From Stegostoma tigrinum (taxonomy: Eukaryota), in contig NC_081361.1 of the NCBI RefSeq assembly GCF_030684315.1, positions 16,295,861-16,359,860 of the forward strand: a DNA stretch of 64,000 bases, read 5' to 3'. The notes under the pieces are model-generated. The model had not been told where the DNA came from, did not search any database, and saw nothing but the letters and a program-made list of their open reading frames with translations. Shown here piece by piece: positions 26,146 to 39,362 of the stretch. A program made the position numbers and the translations under genes. Position 1 is the stretch's first letter. Each line of letters starts with the position of its first letter.

Positions 26146-26369
26146 TGCAGTGAATGGAATGAGGAGCAGATGGATCTCATTGACAGTGAGTTCCTTGATT
26201 GGGACTGTTAATCTGAGCTAATCAGGGAGCCTTGGCTGACCAGAGTGTCAGAGGATCTCTTCAGTCTAGAGACAGGCTTTGATCTGGCTGGTCAAAGCCC
26301 ATGCACTCTGTACATGTAAATAAAGGGTAACTTGGTGACAGACTACCTGCCTCTGTACAGTTATTTTAA
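26146..26369 (+). mobile_element. Short solo-LTR-like element, copy 3
   Basis: 5-bp TSD GGTGC 26141-26145 / 26370-26374; aataaa near the 3' end. Confidence 0.7.
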
Positions 26370-27489
26370 GGTGCCCACTCCTCTTCCTCCCTAACCATCT
26401 GCTCAGCTGTTTGGGTAACGGTAACTCCCACTGAAAATAACTCCACATTCAACCTCCTCTTTGTACTTCAGTAGTCCTTTGCAATGTGAGAATACTTGCT
26501 TTTCTAAACTCAGGCTCATGTGCTCCCAAGCTATATGTAACCCAATAGCCATTGGAAAAATCACCCAATCACACTACACCATAGTATGCCTACTATTAAC
26601 ATAAAGACAAATTAGCATTGCGCAATACTGAACAGAAGTGCACAAGGGCAGCCAATTAATGTCAGATTTATACTTGTGTTTATGCTTCATTCAAGCCCAC
26701 TCCTTTTCTTCTAACCCTATCAGCATTTGCTTTCATTCCTTTCTCTCTCAATTACTTATCCACTATTTAATTATCAGGATATGAAAAGGAAGTAGGAGGC
26801 ATTCCATCAGCTCGCCACTCTCTGGTTGAAGAAATTTTTTCTCATCTCAATCCTAAATGATTACCTATTATCCATAAAGTATGGCCATAAACTGCTTCTG
26901 GACTCCCCCACCAGCAGGGCATCCGTTTTGCATCCAACCTGTCTTGTCCTGTTAGAACTTTATATAGATTTCTCGGAGATCTACCCACATTCTTCCAAAC
27001 TTCAGTGAATTTATTTTTATTCTTTCCTGGGATTGCACTTTATTACAAATGCCCATATTCTACATTCTCACCATTCTCTGAGTAAAGCCTGTCCTATAAT
27101 TACAATGTCTAGTTTTGGACTTCTTAAAAATGGAAACCTTATTGTTATTGTCTAATCAGCTGAATCCTGTCAGGCTGCATCGCTGAATTCTCTTTGTCAG
27201 AGAAAGTGTCCTAGCCCATTCAGTCTTCCCCGATAACAACTTAGTTTTCACTTTGGTCTTGTTAATCTTGCGTGCGCTTTCAACATTGCTTCTCTCACAT
27301 AGAGACAAAAAGAATGCACATTTAGTTGACTTGCAGCCTGGTATGCCAATGGGAGAATGAATCAAAATGAACAATTAAATAGTCCATCCATTCTAATCTA
27401 TCCCACTGAGTTAAGTACCTTTTTTTTGGCCTTGCCCTCTGCCTTAGTCTCTCATAGCTCAAGATGAATCAGATGTGGGATTTTTGTTT

Positions 27490-27880
27490 TATTCTTTCAT
27501 TCGGTGTCAGGTGGTAATCCAGAATCACAGCTTAATGCCAAAAGGGCATGTGTTCAAACTCTGATAGAGCAGCTGGTCGAATTAAAATTCTATGAATAAC
27601 TTTGGAATTTCAAATCGGTCTCAGTTTCATTGCCCCCATTACAATCATCAATCTTTGCAAAAGGCCATCAGATTCACTGATTGTGTTTAGTGAGGGAAAT
27701 CTGTCAGCATTAGATGGTCTGGCCCATGCGTAACTCCAAACAGATAGCAATATGTCTGACTCTTAATGTGTCTGGAATGGCTTGACAAGCAATTGCTGTC
27801 TTTGAGAGCAATCAGTGATCGGGCAATAGATGCTAGCATGATATAGCAATGACCAAGTCCCAGGGAAAAGAAAGACATTT
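27490..27880 (+). mobile_element. tRNA-headed SINE with LINE tail (old copy)
   Basis: Similar to 1345-1688. Confidence 0.6.
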
Positions 27881-28234
27881 GTCAACCACCTCTAATTGAT
27901 AACCACTTTCTGGAACTGCTGCAGTGCATCTGTTAAAGATATACCCGTACAGATGTTAGAAAGGGAGCTTGACCCAGAGAGCTAAACATTGGAAACTCTG
28001 TCAAGTTGGTCTCAATGCCCCATTGATATTTGTAGGTGCCTCCTGCAACCCTGCCTACAAGCTATCTCAGTGATCATCTTTAACAATAAGTTAGCAAGAG
28101 TTCTTCCAATGCAGTAAAACAGAGGACTATATTTATTTCTTGCAGCAGTTTGCCTAATTGTCTGCCTGGAGGAAGTAACACAATCATCACAAATTGCTGC
28201 AGGCTTCATGAATAAACCATGAACAATGCTCTTG

Positions 28235-28520
28235 CGATGAGTTATAAAATTTTGGGTTCAAGTCCTGCCCCTGGGTTTGAACACAGAAGTGCTGCCATTG
28301 TTCCAGAGGATCATAGGCTGCTCTCTCATGACAGAGGGATGACTGGTGATGAGGTGAGCTGGAGCGTCACCACTTCTCCGCGCAGCGCTGAGATAACGGT
28401 AACACTAGAGGTTGCTACACAATTCTGCTTGTCTGAATGTATGGAAATCTGAATGCACTAGTTCAGAGAAGAGCAGGGGAGATTGCACTCACCAATTTTT
28501 ATCAATCAATCAACACTGCA
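28235..28520 (+). mobile_element. DeuSINE-like fragment
   Basis: gggttcaagtcc head; gcactagttcagagaagagcaggggag..atcaatcaacac resembles the Deu domain. Confidence 0.5.
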
Positions 28521-28660
28521 AACATAAGGGAGAAAAATTCAATCCAAGTAGGAAGAACCACGTTTTGTGGGGCTGGAACAGGGAGAAACAGTAGGTCTGC
28601 CTGGGCAGCCCAGTTTATGGATTTCAGGGAGAAGGTCAAAGCAGGCTGTACAGGGCTGGG

Positions 28661-28786
28661 GGAGATAATGGGAACTGCAGATGCTGGAGAATCCAAGATA
28701 ATAAAGTGTGAAGCTGGATGAACACAGCAGGCCAAGCAACATCTCAGGAGCACAAAAGCTGACGTTTCGGGCCTAGAACCTTCATA
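28661..28786 (-). mobile_element. Mini-PLE (family A) ending inside the HHR core
   Basis: gagataatgggaac...gggcctagaaccttcat. Confidence 0.9.
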
Positions 28787-30721
28787 GTCACGATGAGCTA
28801 GAATGTTGTTGGAGAGGAGATTCCCAGGTGAGATGAGGTTGGTGAAGTTGTCATGCTTGATGGTGAGGCTATAGTCCAGGGGAGAGGGGACAATAAGAGG
28901 AGGTGTCCAAGAGCTGGAACTCAAACTCCACAATGCAGAGAACAGCATGCGAGACAACCACAGCACCACCTTATCAGCAAGCAGTGGGCAGTTCTCAATG
29001 AAGAGTTTGAGAGCAGATGAAAGGCCAGAAGGTGGAGTCCATTTTGAGGGAGAATGTTGGAGGTGGGTGAATGGGTCTGTGGGACAGGAAGAGGATGCCT
29101 GTATGAAGAAATGGGCACAGAGGTGAAGCTGACAAAAGAAAAAGTTTAATGTTATGTCATGTGCGAAATTCATTGAGGTGGGTGTGCAAGCAGATCAAAA
29201 CTAAGACTTTTGCTGTGTACTGAACGTTCAACTTCAGAAATCAGCACGGATAGTAAATACTTGACCATGAGATGGGGTTTGAAGAAAGAATGGAATCCAA
29301 GGGGATGGAGGATCCAGAGGATTATGGGTATCTTGGAGTTATTGCAACTTGCATTCCTTAATACCCGAAAGCAAAAAGAAAAGTTTCTTGTTAGAATGTC
29401 AAATGAGACAGAGGATGAAATGGAACTTGGGAGCAGTGCAGCCCTGCGCCAAGATGGGGCAGTACTGATGTAAAGAGAGGTAAAGACATAGGGCACTGAG
29501 TGTGGATCTCAAGAGATACTTGTGATCCTAGGTAGATGCAAAACCCAAAGGATGAAACTTCTATCAGAACTCACATGGGGTGAGTCTGAGCCAGAGGCAC
29601 TTGCTGGGAGATGAGATGTGGCTGTGGAAGTGTGTTTTGGTGAAAACTTTGTCAAACACCAGGAACGACAATGAAAGCAATGATGGCAAATGGGAAGAAA
29701 GGTTCGGATGGAAATCCTTTCAGACAGCAGAGCAGTTCAAGGTGGGCTCCAGTTAAAATTATTCATGAGATTACAGAGGTAAAAGCAGTGAGATTGTTCC
29801 TCTAGATACACAGGAATGCATGTGACCCTTACACTCTCCTCTGAAATGGCCTAGCAAGTTACTCAGTTGTATCAGACTGCTAAAAACTCTAAAAGCGATG
29901 AAAGCAGGCAGACCACCATGCATCAATGTAGGTATGAGAAGTGAAAATGAACATAACTTGTCAGGATGGCCAGAACAATAATCCGGTAAAATTAAAGTTA
30001 AAGTGCCCGCGATTCGTTTGGCTTATCCAATCCACAGATGGTGAAAGGAGAGGAACTGCAGGCCTTGCAAAAAGTAATCCTAATTGCTGTAGGATACAAC
30101 AGGGCAGGAAAGAAGAGTTGGCAGCAGAAGACAGAGCACCTAACTCCATTTGCCAGGTGTCTATGGACACTGTTTGGCACTGCGGAAGGAAATGCTAACA
30201 CTTCTCACCAGCCTAGGGCTGAACGTTAATCTCAAGAAGGCACAAGCACCAGGTCTCATATTTGGGAACCGTGATAGATCACAGAAAGCACAAAATCAAA
30301 GAGAAGCACAGAGGATGTAACTCATACTATCCTCCCCAGGGATGCTTGCTCATTTGTTCCTCTCCAGTCTCACTATGATATTATCAGGAATAGACTGAAC
30401 AACACACAGATGTAGTTGTTGAATTAAATCAGGCCCAAGCAAAGGCTCCTTCACTGCAGGTACCCAACCCAGAACTTCCCTCCACCTTGGTAGTTGCAGC
30501 CATGATGCCACACAGGCAAATCCTCCAAAACCAACACAATAAACTTGGTGCAAATATCCCAGACTCTTTCAAGGCAGAACAGAGATTGTCTCTGTATGTG
30601 AGAAACACTTGTTAACTGTGTTTTCAGCAGTGCAACATTTTGTCTATAGTATCGGCCTAAACCCCCAAACCATTCTGACAGAGCACATTCAACTTTTGCT
30701 GCATGACAGGATAAAAGACAG

Positions 30722-31020
30722 CGGGGAGGCGAGGGCCTCGTGGTATTATCACTGAGTTGTTCATCTAGAGGCTGCAACAATGTCCTCAGGACCTGGATTC
30801 CCAGAACACATGGTGGAATTTGAATTCAATAAATATCTAGAATTAGAAGTCTCATGATGACCATGAATCCATTGTCCAGTGTCAGGAAAAAACCCATCTG
30901 GTTTACTAATGTCCATTAGGGAAGGAAACTGCCATCCTTACCTGGTCTGGTACAACTAGCGCTGGGCAATAAACATTGGCCCAGTCAGCCACACCCACAT
31001 GCCCTGAATGAATAAAGAAA
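30722..31020 (+). mobile_element. tRNA-headed SINE with LINE tail
   Basis: Similar to 1345-1688 (gatgaccatgaatccattgt, agggaaggaaactgccatccttac). Confidence 0.78.
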
Positions 31021-33714
31021 AGATTGACTGCATCAGTTTGAGCTGAAGTCCCAATTCCATGCCCGAGAACAACGGAACTCTTTGCCTCTTCTACTGTGCC
31101 TCCAGATTCCCTTTTAAATAAATCACCACCACTTAATTGTATTTATATAGATCACTGGCCCACAGCTGTACAGAAATAGATCTCCCCTGAAAGGTTTTGA
31201 ATTGGGTCAGCTCCACTGCAGTGCAGATTCAAGTAAATTAGTGTGTTCCCCTTAACTATCAATCAATCTTGTGGCTCCATATAAATATTGCATGCCTTTA
31301 CCATTGAAATAAATCACTGCTCCTATCTGTATTTAAGTGGACTGTTGTAATTACAACTGGGCTGTTAAAATCCATGTAAGGTCTCGAACTTATTGAATAG
31401 CTTACGCATTCGTGCAATGGGATCAGTGGCCTGTAGATCATGTAAACAGATTATATTTCTTTAATTAGACGCCAAGTCCATGGGCCAGTTTTCCCAAGCT
31501 GGAGGCAGATGGGGTCACTTGTGGAAAAGTTACTCCACTAACTTTTTTTTCTCTCTCGGCTCCTGCGTCTCAAGACTCTGTCTCCCATTCTGATGTGACA
31601 GGTTGATGCTCTGGTAAGAGATACTAAGGCCATGACATGGAGCCAAAGTGTATATTGAATTGAGATACACTCCAATGATGATCTAACTAAATAACAGAGC
31701 AGATTCAAGGCTTTTCCAGTTCTTAGATTCCTATGTGTAGACTCCAGGCAGACAAAAAGTAAGGCAGGCAGATACACATACAGATTGGCACTCTTTAAAT
31801 ACAGGAACCACACCCAGTGCTTTGTCCATCTCCAACGCAGAGATGCTGAAACCAAGTGTAGAAGCCCTTATTATCACCTTGGATGTTATCTGCTCGTTCA
31901 ACTTAAAGTCAGGTGAAATTAGCAAGTATTGTCACCCAGTCTCACACTTGCTGTTGTGTTTATAGCCTAGGTCATCACAGAACTTGCTGTTGCATTACGG
32001 TGTATCAAGAGAATTCTAATATTGCTCAAGGTTGTTGTTCCCGATCATTTTCTGATTGATGTTTTACATATCCATGAGAGTCTTAGATGGCGGGCCAACC
32101 CTGGGCATTAGAAAACACTGCTAAAGCTGAAAAGATGTCCTCTTTGGTCAATGCCTTAATTTAAAGAAAATGTCACTCTTGCATTTAAATCCTTCCATGG
32201 CCCTGCATCCCTGTATTTCTGTAAATTTCTCCAACCTTGTAATCCTCTCAGAACTCTGCTCTTCCCAATTCTGATCTCGTGCACATTCCCAATTTTCTTA
32301 GTCCTCACAGACTGCAGCAGGTCAAGATGGTAGCGTCCCAACACTTTCTCAAGGGATGGGTTGTAAATACTAGCCCAGTCACTCAGGCCCACATCCCATG
32401 ACGGAAGAAAAACAAAACAGTTGCAACCATGTCGTCTGCTTCAGGAACTCTTGGAATTCTCTTCGTAAACCTCTCTGCCACTCCACCTTACTGTCTTCCT
32501 TTCAGGTCCTGCATAAAATCTACCTTTTGTTTGAAGAATCATTTCGTTACTCTCACTAACATTGGCTCTTAAGAATTACAAACACAGGGTGCTGAAGATT
32601 ATGAGACCAAGAGTGTGCCGAAACTGAATTAACATCGAGACTCAGATTTATTATGAAGGAACAAACTATACCTGTAAACAGAAACAGGTTGCGATCTGAA
32701 ATCCAGAACTTTCAGTTTTTATTCGAGATTTCCAGAATCTAGCAGCATTTTGCTTTTGTTGTCGCTGGCTGAAAGTGGTAAGTAAGCCCTTGAAGTGTGA
32801 GAAAGCTTGATTAATGTAAAATCAGTTCTGAAGCATCATGCCCAACCTTCCGTTCACTCAAAATAACACTTTTGATTACTTTTTCTGAGCAGTTTTCCAA
32901 CAATTTAATTAGTAGTTATCATCAACAAAAAAAACTGACAGATAGCAAAGGGTAAAGACTTTTAAAATGTTGTTATTTTTCTTCACACCCATTGTTTTTG
33001 AAAGAGGCATGACTCATTTTAAAAAGTGCTCTGATAATCAGGGCTGTCAGCTTATAAAGCTGCACACAACAACCTAGGATTTGATCACATGTAATTCTAA
33101 TCAGGAATGCTTCAATTGGGTTGAAATTTCTAAAGAAATCAAAAACCTGTGACCTTGCTTATGATGAGACTCCCTTTTTAAAAGATGATCCACAGCTCAT
33201 GGTGTTTCACGAATGTAGCAGTGATACATTACGTGTGTTTTGGGGTATATTCTTCTTCCTGCCTATGTCACTTCCCCAGGACTTCCAGCGTACCTCTCAT
33301 GCTACCAACAGTTCTTTTAATCTCTGTGACAAAGACAAATTGCACTTCCCAAATTGCTGACTATCCCCTGTGCGATTGCCTTTTAACTACAATATGCTGC
33401 AGTAAGCTCATATGTCTCGGCTGCTACTGCACAAGTATGTAATTCCCATCTCTTTTGCAAAAGCCTGACCCAACATGTAAGACTGGAGTGAAGAGATATG
33501 CTGAGGATCAAATTGATTTTCTTACTAGATCTTTATACGTGCAGCTAGCCAACCATCTTGGAGTGTGCACAAAGCTAAAGGAGGTGTCTGAGCAAGTTCA
33601 CAAGATACTGAACAGGAATCCTTTTTTTTAGTCAGTCGTGTTTGGAAGCAATTTGGTTCAAATATTATACTATTTAAAGAATTTGCATGAAAAGGTTTAA
33701 GGAAGACAAGGGGA

Positions 33715-34085
33715 CTCATAGAGTCACGGGGATGTGCAGCATGGAAACAGACCTTTCGGTCCAACTTGTCTGTGCTGACCAAATATCTTAAATTAACCTA
33801 ATACCATATGCCAGCATTTGATCCATTTCCCTCTAAACCCATCCTATTCGTGTAACCATCTAGTTGCCTTTTAAATGTTGTAATTGTACCAGCCTCCACC
33901 AACCAATGTCCTACACATCCACAACATGACCTCCCAACTCCTATACTCAATGCACTGACCGATAACAACAAGTGTACAAAATGCCTTCTTCACTACACTC
34001 TCTACCTGTGATTCCACTTTCAACAAACTATCAACCTGCACTCCAACGTCTCTTTGTTCGGCAAGACTCTCCAGGACCTTACCAA
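33715..34085 (-). mobile_element. CR1 3' fragments
   Basis: cagcatggaaacagacctttcggtccaac tail. Confidence 0.78.
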
Positions 34086-35261
34086 TGGGTCACTTTGAGG
34101 AGTGTACATCTGCCTTTTAAATAAAAAAGGCTTTTTGTTATGTTACCAGGCCAAACCCTTAGCTTTTGGTGCCAATAACTAGTCATTAAGATTACACGTA
34201 TAATTAAGAATGCGTCTGTTAGGAAGCTATGAATATACAATGAAGCACTTCCTAAAGTGCACATAAAATTCCTAGTAGGATTGGTTATCTGCTTTCTTGA
34301 AATGGTAGTTTTTTATGCACATCAAGGTCACAGTGATGAGGAATTTAACAGTTTTTCGCTCACTGGCCCCCTCTTTGCAACATAACGCTGCCAAAGACCT
34401 GACCTCACACTGCCAGTATGCTGACTTCACATTGTGCTTTATGGGTCAGGATGGTTAGGTGAACATTAGCAGCAATTGCACAGATGGTCTAATCTTTGTG
34501 ACAAAAGACTCCATGACTGCTTTGCACTTGTTATTGAATGCGATGATGGTTGAGGCAGGGGAAGGCGCCTACTGGAGATGCTTGGTTGGAAAAATGAAGC
34601 TGGGAATTATCATTGCTCTCCAGAAAGATCCTGGAGTAGTGGTTAGTTTAGATGTGGAAAATGAGGCCTCCTCATGCTTGATGTAGTAATGAACAGTTGA
34701 ACAAACCATGTACCATATTTTGATCATTCAAAGAGTTGGATCACTGGTCTCCTCTGTTTTAATGATTTGACACATCTGAAATATGGTTAATTCTTTACTG
34801 TTAGCTGTAGGGAACATAGGAAATGGTTAACTGTCACCCAGTGTAACATTAATAGAGGTGGATCTTCAATTCACTTTATTAAAATTGTTTTGTTGATCAT
34901 GTGTTTAAAAACTACTTTTAGTGAAACAACATTAATGTTTAAACGGCAAAGTTAAACAGATCAGTGATAGCAAATAGGTAGAAAACAAACAGCGAAGTGC
35001 AAACTATTTTATTTCTTAGCTGCCTATTTTCTAAAGGTAAACAGTGTGCTTGTGTAATGAATCACTGATTTCCATTCTATCTTTCTTCCTGTAATATAAT
35101 TCTTTCTTTTCATTCTGATTTGTTCCTCTTTTCATTTCACCTCTCTCTTAGCCCTTCTTCAATCCATAAATGAATCATTATTATATAGATTTTGAAATGC
35201 AGTGTTCATACCTAGTTCTGAACAACCATAATTTTATAACCTCAAACACTGAGGAACTGTA

Positions 35262-35491
35262 GATAACACAGTGTGGACCTGGAGGAACACAGCAAGCCAG
35301 GGAGCATCAGGGGAGCAGGAAAGCTGACGTTTCAGATAGGGACCCTTCTTCAATAATGGGGATTTCTGAAGAAGGGCCCTGGTCCAAGCTTTCCTGCTCC
35401 CCTGATGCTGCCTAGCCTGCTGTTTTCTTCTAGCTCCACAGTCACAGTGTGTTACCTCAGACTCCAGCATCAAAGGTTCTTACTATCACTG
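35262..35491 (+). mobile_element. Mini-PLE hairpin (older variant)
   Basis: TSD ACTGAGGAA(C/T)TGTA 35248-35261 / 35492-35505; both arms start at CTGAAGA. Confidence 0.88.
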
Positions 35492-35960
35492 ACTGAGGAA
35501 TTGTATCCTTCCTACTCTAGTCTAAGTCGATGTCTTTTTTTTGTGTGTTATCATCTCCATAGAGACTAATAATCTAAAAACCGATGAATGTCCTAGTGAT
35601 AGTTGGCATTATCAAAGGATGAGATTTCACACATTAAGACTTTACTGTAACAAACACACTAGTATCAACTTGGATCAAACATTAGTTATATGCAAATAAT
35701 ACTCCAAACAAAACAAAAGGATAATTATCATTGTATTAAAGAACTAGCGCAAAATTTTTGCCATGCGTCACACTTCTACAGATATGTATCATTACAAGAA
35801 CTCTTCAGCAGACTCAAATCTCTGGTTCATGCAAGTTTGATACTTTCATTGTCTTTCAAAAGTCACTTCCTGCAACCTGACTCTCACTTTCACTAGCAGA
35901 GCCCACCTCAATGACTCCTTCCACTCTAAATGAATTATGAATCATGAAAAATGAGCCATT

Positions 35961-36283
35961 GAGCGTGGTGGCTCAGTGGTTTGCAATGCTGCCTCACAAC
36001 ACTAGGTTCGATGCCACCCTTGGGCAACTGCCTGTGTGGAGTTTGCACATTCTCCCCATGCCTGTTTGGGTTTTCTCTGCGTGCTCCGGTTTGCTTTCAC
36101 AGTCCAAAGACGCATCGGTTAGGGTGGATTTGTCATGCTGTAGTGTCCAGGGAGGTGCAGGCAAGGTGGATTGGCTGTGACAAATGCAGAGATATGGCAG
36201 GGGGCTGAGTGAGATGCTCTTTGGGAACTGACGTGAACTTGATAGGCGAAATGGCTTGATTTAATACTGTAGGAATTCCATGA
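35961..36283 (+). mobile_element. V-SINE
   Basis: gtggctcagtggtt..tgtgtggagtttgcacattctcccc. Confidence 0.85.
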
Positions 36284-36357
36284 AATCTCCAAACATGTGG
36301 CTAGTTATGCTCCCTTATGTTTGTAATAAATCTAGCAAGCATCCTACTTGTTTGTTA

Positions 36358-36573
36358 GAGAGAATAGGAACTGCAGATGCTGGAGAATCTGAGATAACAA
36401 GGTGGAGAGCTGGATGAACACAGCAGGCCAAACAGCATTAGAGCAGCAGGGAAGTTGATGTTTTAGCTCTAAACTCTTCTTCAGAAATGGGTCTAGACCC
36501 GAAACGTCAGGTTTCCTGCTCCTCTGATGCTGTTGGGTCTGCTGTGTTCATCCAGCTCCATACTTTGTTATTT
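36358..36573 (-). mobile_element. Mini-PLE hairpin
   Basis: TSD CTACTTGTTTGTTA 36344-36357 / 36574-36587; junction cttcttcagaaa|tgggtctagacccgaaacgtc. Confidence 0.9.
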
Positions 36574-36944
36574 CTACTTGTTTGTTAACAGTCTTCCCCT
36601 GTTATTTAGAGCTTCCCCCTTTGCTTCACAGCGGTATCTTTGCTTTCTCCCTCACTTTCCATCTTTGTTTCAAAAAGCAGCTGTTCTCAGTCTACAAGCT
36701 GTCTTGATATTCCAGCACATTTCTATTGGAGTTTCTCCCCCATGGCAACCATATCACATCGGGTTATCACTACACTGGGTTCTTCTGGAATTCTTTGTCC
36801 CCTTCTTTAAATTAGAAGAGATGGTTTAAAACATGACTGTCTTATAAAGACCAGTATTTTTAACAGATGAAATTTATAAATATTGGTGTAAGCATGTTGC
36901 ATCAAGATCTTTGGAGTTTCATACTTAAAAAAACATGAGGGACT

Positions 36945-37378
36945 TCAATTTATATATAAACAGTTCCAACATTAAGATATCATAAAGCACTTTTCAACCA
37001 ATGAAATGGTTTAGAAATGTAATCACTTATGTTATGTTAACATTGTGACAATCGATTAGCATGCAGCAAGCTCTCACAAGCAACAACCTAATTATAAGTA
37101 GATAATCTGTTTGGATTGACATTTGTTCAAGGATAATTATTGACCAAGACGTTTTGGAGAATTTCCCTGCAATTTCAAACTGCACTACGGAATCTTTTGC
37201 TTTCAGCAGAGGGGAATGAATGTCAGTTTAATATTTATTCCAACAGGCAGCTATACTCAATAGCACAGCAGACAATCAGATTGCAAGATGGCTATCGGCC
37301 TAGATTAGGGGCTGACCTTAAATCTAAGACTTTCTGACACAGAGACAAGATTGCAATCCATTGAATCAGAGCTGACAC
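36945..37378 (-). mobile_element. DeuSINE (SacSINE1-like), near full length, old
   Basis: Reverse complement shows a tRNA-like head, a Deu-domain-like core (cagattatct, tgtgagagcttgctgc) and an L2-like tail (cattggttgaaaagtgcttt). Confidence 0.65.
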
Positions 37379-37434
37379 CATATTTACCTTGGAAAACATA
37401 AAAATGATATCATGTTGTTTCAAATTCCAGATGT

Positions 37435-38420
37435 TGTAGGAATGGGAGATGGCCATTCAGCCCCTCAAACCCATCTGACCATTCAATTGGATCATGGCTG
37501 ATCTGTGACCTCACTCCAGATGCCTGGCTTCGGCTCATATCCCTTAATACCTTTGCTTAACAAAAGGTTACTATTTTAGATTTAAAATTAACAACTGATC
37601 CAGCACCCACTGCCATTTGTGGAAGAGAGTTCCAAACATACAGCACCCTTTGTGTGTAGAAGTGCTGCCTAACATCTCTCCTGAACAGCCTGGCCCTCAC
37701 TAGTTCTAGAATTCCTAACCAGTGGATATAGTTTATCTTTATCTACTCAGACTGTTGCTGCTAATATCTTCCTGTTAACAACCTTCTAAATTCTATAAAA
37801 AACAGGCCAAATTTGTATAATCACTCCTCATAACTTAACCCCTGATGTCCAGATATCATTCTTGTAAACTTACGCTGTATTCCCTCTAAGACCAATATAT
37901 CATTCTTCAAGTGCTGTGCACAGATCTTCTCATAGTATTCCAGGTGGTGTCTAACCAGTGATTTGTATAACCACAGCATAATATCCGTGTACTTGTATTC
38001 CAGTCATCCAGATATGAAGACCAGCATTGCATTAGTTTTCTTGATTATTTTCTGTACATGTTTGCGACATTTTACAGATCTATGCATCTAAATTCTGAAC
38101 AGCTACAGTACTTAAATTCATTTCATCTAGAAAGTACCCTGATCCAACCGATCTCAGTCCAAAATGGATAACCACACACTTTCTTACATTGAACTCCATC
38201 TGTCACAGTTTTGCCCATTCACTTAGTCTATCAATATCCCTTTGTAATTTAATATTATCATCCATTGTCTACAATGCTGCCTAATTTTGTGTCATCAGCA
38301 AGCTTTGATAAATTACTTTCTATACCATTATCCAAGCCACAATAGATAATTTCAATAATTGAGGTCCTAATACAGATTCTTGTGGGATACCACTGATCCA
38401 CCCTGTCAATTTGAGTCCCA
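37435..38420 (-). mobile_element. CR1 3' ~1 kb
   Basis: ttttgtgtcatcagcaa (FADDTK motif on the minus strand) and CR1 tail. Confidence 0.85.
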
Positions 38421-38621
38421 ACTGAATATTTTGGTTAAATTATAGGAAGATAAAATCAGACAATAGAATCCTGGATGGCAATAATGTAAAATTAATCCTG
38501 CGAGACTATCATGTTTGTTCTGACTTATTACAAGAGCAATCCATAAGCTGTTCTGTTTGCTCTCAATCACTCTACTTCACATATCTGTTGACTCATTCCT
38601 TCAATCAAGCTCTACTTTCCT

Positions 38622-38714
38622 CTCTGATGAAGGGTCGAGGCCGGAAACATCAGCTTTTGTGCTCCTCAGACGCAGCTTGGCCTGCTGTGTTCATCCAGCT
38701 TCACACTTTGTTAT
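38622..38714 (+). mobile_element. Mini-PLE, tail-less single arm starting at the HHR
   Basis: TSD CTCTACTTTCCT 38610-38621 / 38715-38726. Confidence 0.9.
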
Positions 38715-39019
38715 CTCTACTTTCCTAAGATCCTGTGGTAAAGCCTTCCATGAACTAACAACCCTCTGTGTAAGTGTGCTTACTCCTAACTTATCTCTGC
38801 ACTTTCTTATTAACAATTTAATATATATCACTACTTGTTAATGACTCAGTAATATTCCATTCTTTACTACTTCATGTTATTAAATATCTTCATAATTTTA
38901 AACATTTTACCAAATATTCTTATCCTTTCCTGTCCATTAGATACTAACTAAGTATGTCTATTCATTTCCCATAACCTAAGTTCTCCATACTTCACAACAT
39001 TCCCTTTCTTTTAGCTTTA

Positions 39020-39362
39020 CTTGTTACACTTGCTGTCACCATGTCCTCCCTCCCTTCCCCCCACCCCAGTGGGACTATCTGTTCTTTCCAGTCTGGCAGT
39101 TAGACACACTATTATTCACCCATTCTCATATTCTAGTCACTGTCAATCTGCACTATCAATATCTTTTCTCCCCCAGCTCTCTACACTCCGACACACTGTC
39201 GGCCCCGAACTATAGCATAAATGCTGCCCCTTCCACACTTCACACCAGCTCTGATGAAGAGTCATCTAGACTCGAAATGCTAGCTTGCTCTCTAGCCATG
39301 CATGCTGCCTGACCATTTGTTATTTTCAGCAATGATTCCAGCATCTGCAGGAATTTGCACCT
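39020..39362 (+). mobile_element. PLE pLTR (older family) with HHR
   Basis: agct-CTGATGA-agagtc atcta gactc-GAAA-tgct-agct at about 39247-39285; tail ccagcatctgcag. Confidence 0.8.

Noticed and set aside
28502-29496. 223-aa and 108-aa ORFs
   Set aside because: Chance read-through of a mini-PLE and decayed LINE-like sequence; no recognisable domain.
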